Assembly: GCA_964035545.1 (NCBI GenBank)
Contig: OZ037767.1
Location: 23,700,628-23,764,627 of the forward strand
Source: Bugula neritina
Taxonomy: Eukaryota > Animalia > Bryozoa
Length of the DNA: 64,000 nt
Direction: 5' to 3'
In this document: piece by piece, positions 50,901-61,240 of the stretch
Position numbering within the stretch: position 1 is the first letter of the stretch
How the letters are laid out: every line of letters starts with the position of its first letter
The notes under the pieces: generated by a model
The model's database searches: none
What the model was told of the DNA's origin: nothing
The model's input: only the letters and a program-made list of their open reading frames with translations
Program-made: the position numbers and the translations under genes

Positions 50901-51945
50901 GTTATTCACTGGTTACATACTTCTTATACACTGGTTGCACACTAGTCACACATTTATAAACTGTTTATTCACTGGTTACATACTTCTTATACACTAGTTG
51001 CACACCGGTCACACATTTATAAACTGGTTATTCACTGGTTACATACTTCTTATACACTGGTTGTACACTTGTCGTACCATGGTTACATCTTTCACTTAGT
51101 CTGTAGTAACTTAGGTCAGTTTATATTGAGTAGAAATACTGCTACTAGCACTCTGGTGTGAAATGCCATCATCTACCTGTTATATGTAACGAATGCTTAT
51201 TTTACTTTTATTTAGTTGAGCGATAATGCAGAAACATGAGTGCACAGGCTACTATACTAGCCATGGTAATCAACTCTAGTTACTATACTACTTGTATAAC
51301 CTAGTAAATGTCTGTTGGCCATAGTTTTCTTTTACTAACCTCCCGCCTTTATCCAGTCTCGGTGTGGAAGTGTATATTTTCGCTTAGCTTCGTTCTATCA
51401 TTTTCTTTTTATTGTTTTGGTTTGGGGAGTGATAGTTTTATGTTATGGTTAGGCAACTTCTCAAATTACAAGCTTTCACTAAAACTGGTGCTATTAAGAA
51501 GCTGCAGTCCTACACTTACCTTTTAGAATCTTTTATCAACATACTAACTGTCTATATACTAAACTTATGCTGCGGCTCTTTTTATGTTAATGAATATTCT
51601 ATGGTTGGCTCACCTTTCTATCTTGATCAACATTTCACTGTCTATATGAAGAGCTAAACCATTAAGTTGCTATAGTATTGTGTCTTTTTCTACCACTCTG
51701 TGGTTACCTGTAGTTTATTTTAAGGTACTTTAGCACTAGCCCTTATTTATAGCAACTTCATATATACAGATGTTTAGGTGCTGCAAATATACAAAAGGTT
51801 ATCTAAGCATTGTTTGAAGTGTGATTTGAAAAGCTGAAACCCACTGATGCTCATGTGTATCTACATGTATTTTAGTGTAGACGCTGCCCTCTCTAGTTTG
51901 ATGCTACTTGAAACTTCTCCGCCTTCCAGAAAGTCCAAGAGCTGA
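38924..51945 (+). CDS. PTPN11: Tyrosine-protein phosphatase non-receptor type 11 (SHP2/corkscrew), ~590 aa, 14 coding exons
   Basis: Exons 38924-38940, 39500-39622, 42391-42585, 43829-43991, 44373-44489, 45822-46029, 46738-46814, 47007-47165, 47657-47876, 48089-48170, 48981-49048, 49408-49577, 49914-50017 and 51876-51945 (last exon least certain). Contains N-SH2 ([14 protein letters not shown]), C-SH2 (GSFLVRES), PTP motifs [39 protein letters not shown] and QTEAQY, and tail motif YTNL. Exon sizes of 123/195/117/159/68 nt match the human gene as I recall it. Confidence 0.97.
39603..42113 (+). repeat. 38-bp minisatellite, ~66 copies; unit = last 20 nt of PTPN11 exon 2 + first 18 nt of intron 2
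   Basis: Unit AACAGTACCCTCTGTGTTAG|GTAATCTACTGTAGTAAC; the first copy overlaps the coding exon. Confidence 0.98.
42589..42920 (+). repeat. 20-bp minisatellite (TAGTACTCACCTAGTACCAT), 13 copies plus a degenerate tail
   Basis: Starts 3 nt into PTPN11 intron 3. Confidence 0.95.
43747..43839 (+). repeat. 41-bp tandem duplication spanning the exon-4 acceptor
   Basis: GTGGTTCCATG/GCTGTTCCATG at 43747, 43788 and 43829 (exon start), period 41. Confidence 0.9.
44150..44345. repeat. Degenerate ~22-bp repeat (GGTACTATGACACATGTCATAA) just upstream of the exon-5 acceptor
   Basis: Read directly. Confidence 0.75.
46085..46182. repeat. 34-bp tandem repeat (~3 copies) shortly after the exon-6 donor
   Basis: TTACCTACAGTGTAACATTAGTAACTACAGTATT recurs. 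Confidence 0.8.
48186..48844 (+). repeat. G-rich 18-bp minisatellite (GTGACTAGGTGTGGGTAG), ~36 copies
   Basis: Begins ~15 nt after the exon-10 donor and fills most of the intron; source of the spurious PTPSHL ORF. Confidence 0.97.
49033..49200 (+). repeat. 18-bp repeat (54-bp higher-order unit) containing the exon-11 donor GTAAGT
   Basis: GTAAGT/GCAAGT recurs every 18 nt from 49049 to 49193. Confidence 0.95.
50545..51088. repeat. 30-bp minisatellite (ATAAACTGGTTATTCACTGGTTGCACATCT) with derived longer units
   Basis: Read directly; lies in the last PTPN11 intron. Confidence 0.93.
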
Positions 51946-53116
51946 TCATCACCTAATCACCATAAAGGATTCCCTAGAACTTGAATCTCTTATTCTTTGC
52001 TACCTGCTACTGGCTAGTCAACCTTATTTCATATATTAACTTTCGCTGGCTTGATTGTTTTATTCTAGAAATGTCTACTGGTTTTAGTATACAGAGTTAG
52101 TTCGTATTGTATGAACCAGCAAGTCGTGCACTTTGAAAACCATATATTTCTGCATTTGAGATTTCAATAAATGTCTTCCGTTTTGTTTAAAAAAACTTTT
52201 GCAACTTGGACAGCATTGTGAAGCTATTGGTGCAGGCAAGGTAAAGGATCCTTTTTTCTAAACATACGATGGATAAGTGTTATTTTAGCCTCTCTGAAAG
52301 CCTTTTTTACTTCACAATTGCTTAGAACTGCTTAAAACCTGCTCTCATTGGGAACCAGTTATCGGTTACGTCACATTTTATTAATATTTTTATTTTTATA
52401 AGATCTTTTTTGCGCATTATACACTGTGCACTGGTTGCCAAACTTTGCAAATATTACTTTAGTATTTTAGAGTGGTTAATAGTAGCATTCCTTATTGAAA
52501 TAATGCTATATACAATAATATTTAATATTTTGGCTGTTGAAAATCGTATTCTTTTTAATGGTGCGTTTGTTTTTTGCTCGTTTCAAAACGTTTGCAATTG
52601 TTTGTTCCAATGTCACCAGTTGGTTGGGCAAGCTTTGCTATTTAATGCCTTATGAATTTTCGTAAAAAAAACATCACAGTATGTAAATTTATGTAACAGC
52701 ATTAGATATGTAATAAATATTTCTATTTAATTTACATGAGAGTAGATTTTGCTGCTTCGCATCACTCCATAAGTCATATCATTAGGTATTTGGATTAAAC
52801 TTGTTTGTAACATTTTAACTATTATTATGTATGTGAGTTCTTATTTATGCGTTATTGTATATGTGCAATTGTTATTATAACATGAAAATATATTGTATTC
52901 ATCATCAACTAACACCTTGCAATAATGAACACCATTGAAAGAAGATAACTCTCATGAAATTATTTTTAAGCAGATGGGCTTTTGGTTCACTTGAAGTAGT
53001 CTTTATAAGATCCATAAACAGTTGGGTGAAACTCAAGAGGCTGTAGTCAGTTATGGTAGGCTGTTTGCATTAACTTAATAAAAATAATTTACAAAGTCCT
53101 TTAGCAAGTTTCCAAC

Positions 53117-53319
53117 GGAGAGCAGCCCGTGGTCTAGGGGTTAGAGCGTTTGCCTAGTAAGCACAGTCATGGGTTGGAACCTGACTAAAGCCATTGATGA
53201 TGTTCGGAAGAGCATCTAGTCATAATTGCTCCTGTGCCCCATCTGAATAAATCTTCAACAAAAAACCTTTTCCATCAGGGGTTTTCTCGCAGGGATGGTG
53301 ACTATAAACTTGCATGAGT
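53117..53319 (+). mobile_element. tRNA-Thr SINE, full-length copy
   Basis: Same head and body as the other copies; 16-bp TSD TTAGCAAGTTTYCAAC (53101-53116 and 53320-53335, one mismatch). Confidence 0.92.
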
Positions 53320-53784
53320 TTAGCAAGTTTTCAACAACCAATGTGCATTCAGTCACCATCGGCACCTCAAACATTAAAGTGCTGGCAATTTTTAAAACAA
53401 AATATACAATTGAAACACAAATCTTATAGCTGGCTAATATTTTATGATAACATACTAGTCTCTGGTAGTGTTCAAAAGTAACACTTGCCGGAGTCATTTA
53501 ATTAGCTGATGACTAATTAGACTCTATCTTAGAGTTGTCTCCTATCTATGATAACATTACCGAAGTGGTACTGCTCAGCAATAACAATTCAGAAATAAAT
53601 CAGTTGCAGTAGTAAGGATTAATTAATTGCAGGTAAAATATACTAAATTGCAATAATGTTTAAAATTCAGTGCTCATCAAATAATAATAAGCTAAATTGC
53701 TATTTTTATAATAATTGATCCCCAGAAATTTTTGTCTTGAAAATTTGTATTCTGACTAAAGCTATAATCTATCTGCATTGGTTA

Positions 53785-54614
53785 TCAAAAGTAGCTCAAT
53801 AATTTACTAAAGGAAGCAAATCCTGGAGGTATAGAACAATGTTGCTGTTGAATGAGATGGCTTAGTCGCAAACAGAACACAACTCCTGGTTTACCAGATG
53901 TAGCAGATAAATTGTCTTGATGTACATAGCAATAGTAGCAGTCAAAAAATGGAGTCAGACTGCACTGCCCTAATTTCTTGTAGTTGCACATTTGCTTCAA
54001 CTTGTTGTAATCTATAATACATCTAGCGACAATTTTCTCTATATAGGGTAAAACTTCAGGCAAGCCAACTGTTTTCCTTATCTTTATTGGTTTCTGACTG
54101 ATCCCAAAAGTCTTCAATCCTACACTATTGTGCTGATGTATTTTTTTTGCTGGGTCTAAAACTTTTTGGCAATGCTGCTTATTGCCAACTATTACTCAGT
54201 GGCTAAAGAAACTCCCTAATTTGTTCAAATTCTTATCATTAATTGGGCTTGCCTCAGTCATTCATGTGGTAACTCCCTTTTCATCACATTGTACATATTG
54301 TCCCCAAGTACTTCATGGATTTTGTCTTCAACATCCCATGCATTTTTCTTTTGACCATTGTCTCTCAAAAGTAGGACAACTTTTGTAGGAGTAGTAATCC
54401 AGATTCTATCAGAGAACAAGGCTGAAGATTTTTTGTTAGCATATGGAGCAATGGTTTGGAAATATCTTTTCATTGTTTTAAACCTGGAAGATTGTACGTA
54501 TAGGTTCAGAGTTGTCTTTCCTATTTCTCATCAATCTATTTCAATAAAAGTTGTTTCCTGGTACAGTTATTTGAGATACTGTGTTGGCTTTTACAGACCA
54601 TTAATTCGCTCTGC
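53785..54614 (-). pseudogene. Decayed ~830-nt coding relic (stops and frameshifts) of unknown, possibly transposon-derived, origin
   Basis: Protein-like reading from an acceptor at 54615 continues through ORFs 54258..54473 and 53785..54117, with scattered stops and at least one frameshift near 54250. Confidence 0.45.
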
Positions 54615-55268
54615 CTGTAAATATTATTCTTCTCGCTGATAATTTCTTATCAGCGAGTGTAACTGTGCACTAATCTATAGGCCTACTGCCTTTACCGAAG
54701 TTGTAGTTTAGTCTGCCATGCACAAATCTAGCTGTGAATTTATTCCTATAATTCATAAAATATAATTTATAATTTATAAAATAAGTTTAAAGTTAGGTTC
54801 TTTTTAATAATGAGGTGACTAACTACATTTTAAATATTATATGAACAAATTTTATAACGTAATGATAATGAATTAAAGTAAGGTTTTTCATTTCTGCTTA
54901 TTTGTAACATCTATAAAAAAATTGCATTGAAGCTTTGCCAAAGTTCCGTATACTTGCTTCACAGTACAACCAACCACCACCTACAGTCCTACACCTACAC
55001 TTTATTTTATTAGTTTAAATTGCTCCCCCTTTAGTTCATCACAACATATTTACGGCTCAATAACTCTTAAATGTTCTCATACACCACCAGCTTTTCTAGT
55101 TTATGGTTGAATGCTTATAATCCTAATAAATATAGACAGGTTGACGTAGGCATATTACACTCCTGCAATGGATTAAGTTGTGGTGTGCAGCGCTTACTAG
55201 TGAAACACCATCTCAGGGAAGTTATTTCATTAATGGTGGTGAACCTCTCATGTAGAGAGTAAACTGCA

Positions 55269-58200
55269 ATGGATGTAAAGCTAATAGTATACACCTCGCT
55301 TATAGTCTCCTACTTGCCTTCATCAAAAGGTAAGTATAGTTTGATATTATATCATTCTGTAAGTACATAATTACAACTTGATATTATGTTAGGGACGCTG
55401 TAAGTGCATATAAGTAAGTATCACTAGATATTAGTTATGTTTTCACCAGCCCATAGATATTATATAGGGACACTTTAAGCACATAGGTAACTGTGCATAA
55501 GGATTCATTGTGTTAGCAACACTGTAGATATAGCAATTAAATACAGTAAGTACAACTAAATATTATGTTAGAGACAGTGTAATAAGCTGTCACCTAATTA
55601 ATGTACTTATAATGTGCAAGAAAACAGCTAGTCTATTCTAGTACGCAGGTACGCAGATGTAGCTTTCATTGTGTACATACCTTAGAATGAAGGTATTAAC
55701 TTTGATTTCTGAACATCTTTTAAGAATTTCTGAAGAACATATAGAGTTGTCACTTAGTTAGATAAAGATTTGCAGTTTCTAGTAAAAAGTTTTTATCAAG
55801 TTCAAGCAATTAGCTGTAACTTGACCGTGTAAGTTTATGCTAGCCTGACGTTTTTAGCCTTGCATCCAGTTAAAAGTCATAAATACCAAGTCTGTAAGTT
55901 CCAATGTCACCTAATGTAAAAAGGCTGGGATCCTTATCCTATAGTTACTTTAATGACCCAAGTTTTACTGAGAGTGAGACTTGGGTTATTGAAGTTCAAG
56001 CAAATTTTTAGGAAAAAAGTAGCAGCTGCAAGTAAACACAATTTCTATTGAAAAGATCATTTTTGTCCACAAAATAAATCTGTCAATTTACTTACTGCAG
56101 CTCTATACAATATAGAATATACCATACATACAATATACCATGCAATATACCATCATACAATATACCATACAATATACCATGCAATATACTATACAATATA
56201 CCATACAATATACCATCATACAATATACCATACAATATACCATACATACAATATACCATACAATATACCATACAATATACCATGCAAGTTATAGTATGTA
56301 AATTTAAAGTGGATACAGTGGATACAAATTGTCTTTTATTTAGTTTGCAAATATGTAGTGATTTAATGGTGGCATTTTGAAGAAAGTCGATTTAGCATAA
56401 TGCACTGAACTCTGTTGTTTTGTTTAGTAAACAGTCAACTCATCAATCACTTTAATGGCTTTTGGCAAAAAGGTGTTAGTTCTGTTTACGAAAAATTTAT
56501 GTAGCAAAATTTTGCTCAGTTATTTCATTTTTTCACCAAGTGTATTTTTGAAACTTAACAGATTAGCCTAGGGCCGCACTGTGCGTATTTTCGCATGCGA
56601 ACATTGAAACCACAAGTAGCAAAAGTGTCCACTGTATGCGTTGAGAAAACATTCGCACTTGTCGCTCAGCATTCTGAACGCAAGTGCGAATCGTCTCTGT
56701 CGTCGTCACCTATTGGCTGGTAGTTTTTTAGTGAGCCCAATTCTTTTATTTTAATGCTATATTCTAGTAAATTGCGTGTTATTAAAAGCGAGTGCGATTT
56801 AAAAATGAAAGCTTTATTTATCACGTATCACTGACGCTACAGTGGACACCTTTGCTCCCCTGTGGTTTCAATTTTCGCATGCGAAAATACGCACAGTGTG
56901 GCCCTAGGCTTACTGAGTAAAGTTCTATTAACAATTGCATGCTTTAAGCCTTTAACTATAACATAATTGCTAAAAATGATGGAAAAGTTGCAGCAATATA
57001 GGAAGTAATAACACAACTCAAACCAGTTACCTACATTTAAAATGTGTATAGAATATGCTGATAGATAAAGAGGTACGAGTATTTTTTCAACTCTTAACTC
57101 AATTATTTTAGAGCATCTTGAGTACTGCACTGCACTATTTACAGACTGTTGTACTAATGGAAGTGCAAGTCTAAGGTTCTTAACAACTTTTTGCCCACTT
57201 GAATTATTGAAACTATAAGAAAATTATTTCAACAACATTACTTAATCTTTAGCCTGTAATTAATGTATTTCATATTGTTAGTGTAAAATTTAATAGTTTA
57301 CAAAGCTCATTCATCAACTACAAAACTTAAGTTAAGTATTAATCCTTTTTAATTCCTTTCAATAAGAGATAGGGGGTTAAATGGATCTATTAGAATTATG
57401 GTAACGGTAGTTATAAGCTGTGAGATACCATCATTACGTTGCTAGACGCTGTTCCTCCATACATGGTTACAGAATAACAATATGCAATAACCTCAATAAC
57501 TACCATACAGATTAAAGTATTCATTTGCAGTAAGTCAAGCTACCAACTGAGCTCATGGCTCCTTGCCTTCATAAGAGTTTAATTGTTGTGTGTTGTGAAC
57601 AGTGCACTTAGTCTGTTATGCTGCATTTCCCAATCAACCAGCCCTGAGAAATGTTATGTAATTTAGAACTGGGATTACATACATATTTTAGATGTTTATA
57701 AATAACACAGGTATACTGATAATTTACCTTTACTAACCTCTTTCAAAATACGCATGTTAAGGTTTGAATAGTTACTACATCATTATATATGACTCTGAAT
57801 AATGTATCATATTATAGGATTATATTTATATCTTTAAAGTATATTATATATGATTATATGTATTCAACTATATGGTATTTAGTACATTTACATGATTATT
57901 CGTGTGTAGGGTGCTTTAGAGGATGTCTGTGAGTGCTGCAGGAGACTAGATTAGCTCAGTATGATTTAGTTAATGACCCTTCACGTTGGCAAACAGCATT
58001 GCAAAATGTACTAGCTAATTAATGACTTGACCTAATAAGGAAATTTCTGCTTGAAAAACAAGTCATTTAGGAGCAGTAGTAGAGAAATTGAGATAGCCTA
58101 CGTTCTTTAATGTTCTTATTAAATTTCGGTTTGAGGCGCAGGTTAGAATTCTCGCGAGAATATGACTTCTTTTGTTTCATTTCTAATCTAGAACACAGGT

Positions 58201-60846
58201 TTTTTCGAATTTCTCCATTACTGCACTTACCTCAAACAAGTGGCCTTAGACTGGTAATTTTGATTCAAAGTATATTGACTTTCACCTTTATAATGCCTCA
58301 TGTATATCAGCTTTAAATTATAGCCAATCCCTTTCTGTTTAAAAACTACAAGCCAGTATTTCCTGCATGTATAACTGTTACCATATGTACTGTTTCATGG
58401 TCAAAATGTGTTGAAAAGCAGCATTATAATTATTAATACTTTCTGTTACAGCTATGTTGAAGGACAACACCCACTACACATAAATTCATGGTGGCAGTTC
58501 TTAGCTGTTTATGAACACAAATGTAGTTATTTAAATACTCTATCATCAGTTTTGTTGGTGGTAAGATACTTGGGAGTTTAGAAACTGAGTATAATCCATA
58601 TTGATACGGTGCCAGTGGTATATCATGATAAAATACTACTGCAAGTAAACCCATCCTTTCTCATTTAATAAAAAGCTTATCACCCACAAGTCATTTAGGT
58701 GCAGTAATAGCATAATTCTCTAATTTAGTCCTGATGGTCTCTTAAATAGCATAATGTTTTTTGCTCTAGTTTTTATCTAGGATACAGGCTTTACTCAATT
58801 TCTCCAGTGCTGTACCCAACCTTCACTGGTTTTGTAAAAGTAAAAGTAAGTGAATGAAGGAGACAATGATTAATATCAGCAAATCTTTACATACACACTC
58901 CTACTTACTTTTCAATCATAACAAGTCCAGTGGAAGGTCAGGCATGACAACTCAGCAATTAGAAAACTTATTAGTATAATTGATAGGATATAATTAGCTG
59001 AATGTATGAATATTCTACTTAATCAATGCTCAATGGTAGATGAACTGTCTATTAATGTAAATTAAGTCGATAGATCAATTAAAAATTATAATTAAAGATT
59101 GCAACTGATTATAAATATGTAGATGATGTCATAAGATAAGCTGATACAGCCATTATTGCAAACTTGAAAACAACAACGTTGGTCTGTGTTTACTAACCAT
59201 TATAGTAGGTCTATTAAACATTAAGATTCCAATGCGCTAATATATTTTTAGTTTATTATGTAAAATACTTATTAACTACAAACATGAGTTCTTATTGCTT
59301 GTGTTAACTGGTCTTTATTTTATCATTCCATCCTTACCATGTCATTTTAGTGGGAACACATTTTTCATTTATTGTATGCACATCTAGACTGGATATACCA
59401 CCAAAATTTACACAGACGCACACGCACACGCACACAAACACAAACACAAACACACACAAGCTCTCTCCCTGCTATGCCCTACAAGACACGAATTCACAAA
59501 TAAAACCGATATTTATATGATGTTGTATGCGATGCTTTGAATTTCAGGTATAGACACATATGCATGCTCATGGCCCACTAGTGAAGTTATACAACTTAGA
59601 TGTGACTTCATAAACTGCCCCTACTTGTCAGTTGATCATATAACTGTGGGACGCCTACAAGGCAACCCCTCTTCCTGTTCACATCTTAATTCAAATGCTA
59701 CATTGAGGAGGCCAATACCAAGCTGTAACTACCAGCTTATGGAGTCACATGACTTTTATGGGTAAGTGTAGACCTTACATATCCAATCGATGGGTGGTAA
59801 GGACAGACAAGGTAGGTGCAGTAATGGAGAAATTGAGTAAAGCCTGTGTCCTAGGTTAGAGCTGTAGCAAAAGAAGTTATGTTCTCGCAAAAATTTCAAC
59901 CCGAGCCCTAAACCAAAATTTATAAAGAAATTTAAACTTAGGCTATCTCAATTTTTCTACTACTGCTCCTAAATGATAAAAGAGCTATTGCCAGGCACTC
60001 CTAAAGCACTAGACAGAGGCTGTTAAATGCTCTTAGACACTAAACAGCACTCTCCCCTGTACACACTACTTGTACGTGCTGTGTGTATGTACTGCTTGTA
60101 CCATCAGTGATGAAAATAATTAGAGTTCTCTCGGTTTTTATTTATGTTTCTTGCTTGAGGTGCCTCGTTCAAGTAGTTAGAACTTCAGAATATTTAAGCG
60201 GCACTCAACGAACATCTAAATTAAATTATATATAAACTTATCTAGCTGAGCTTCTGAGTGGAAGGCAAACTGACTGGAAGCAAGTTTAGCCTTTATATTT
60301 CGGTGTTTCAGAATTTATTTATGTAATAAATCTGCTTTTACAGATGAATAGTTTAATGGATGGCCTCTAAGATTGTTTGATAACATAAGTTTATTTAAAA
60401 TTGATGTAGTAGAACAATTTAATTCTATTCATATATGAACTAAAATACTGTACTATAATATAAAATGTATAAAGTAACAAAAGAAAGCATTACTTGCATT
60501 ATAAAGCAATTTTATACCTTCAGGTAACTCTTACATATTGCAGTTAGCTTATATATTACAGCAAATACTAAATGTTGGCTAGAATAATTTATATGAAGTT
60601 GCAATAACATGTCTATTTATTTTAGCCAAGTGCGTAACAACTGCTCTAGGAAGCAGGTGTGTGAAGTGTCATCAGACCAAGTGTTCAGAAAGGCTGGTAT
60701 ATGTGGTAGAGAGACTCAAGAGTTGGATAGTATAAGAAACTGGATACATATACAGCATAGTTGCTATGGCGATATTCCAGGCGTGAGATGTAGACTGGTA
60801 GCTCCGTCCTCTACAGTTCTGCCTGTTTCAACTTCATCCAACCACA
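55269..60846 (+). CDS. Secreted or membrane SUEL/Gal-lectin domain protein (5' part; downstream exons not resolved)
   Basis: Exons 55269-55329 (MDVKLIVYTSLIVSYLPSSK, signal-like), 59548-59761 (YACS..IQLRC..ITVGR..C..C) and 60626-60846 (VRNNCSRKQVCEV..C..NWIHIQHSC) are phase-consistent (1, 2, 1). Confidence 0.7.
56116..56285. repeat. 12-bp minisatellite (AATATACCATAC)
   Basis: Read directly. Confidence 0.9.
56566..56909. mobile_element. MITE with ~70-bp TIRs and TTA TSD (PIF/Harbinger, Tourist-like)
   Basis: GCCTAGGGCCGCACTGTGCGTATTTTCGCATGCGAA..GTGTCCACTGTA is mirrored at ~56838-56909; TTA lies on both flanks; no ORF of note. Confidence 0.88.
58068..58229 (-). mobile_element. MITE-like family B copy
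   Basis: Reverse complement of the 59813 copy; ends in imperfect inverted repeats. Confidence 0.75.
59813..59971 (+). mobile_element. MITE-like family B copy
   Basis: ~25-bp imperfect inverted repeats TAGGTGCAGTAATGGAGAAATTGAG / CTCAATTTTTCTACTACTGCTCCTA. Confidence 0.8.
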
Positions 60847-60929
60847 GTAAGTATTGCTTACTAAGCACTATAGTATATGTTATCATTATTATAATATGCT
60901 GTGTAAGACTCTATCTTTTATATAGCCTA

Positions 60930-61240
60930 CTATAATATACTGCGCTTAATACAATATACTATAATATACTATATAATACTATAATATATGCTATAACATG
61001 TTGTATAATACTGTATACTGTATAATACTATATAGAGGGTATTATACTATATACTATAATACTATATACCTAATGCTATGTATACTATACTAACCTGTAT
61101 AATATAGAATACTATATAATATACTGTATAATATTACATCTTATATACTATACATACTGTCAACTATACACTATGCACTATACACTATATATGATACATT
61201 ACGTACAACATACTATACACCATATTATAACCACATAATA
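60930..61240. repeat. Degenerate TATAC/TATAA low-complexity tract
   Basis: Read directly. Confidence 0.8.

Noticed and set aside
50626-50997. Repetitive ORFs on both strands
   Set aside because: Translations of the 30-bp minisatellite.
51216-51220. Alternative terminal PTPN11 exon (TTTAG|TTGA, immediate stop)
   Set aside because: Possible but unsupported; 51876-51945 gives an open tail followed by AATAAA at ~52166 and ~52712.
56092-56283. YGIL-repeat ORF
   Set aside because: Translation of a 12-bp minisatellite.
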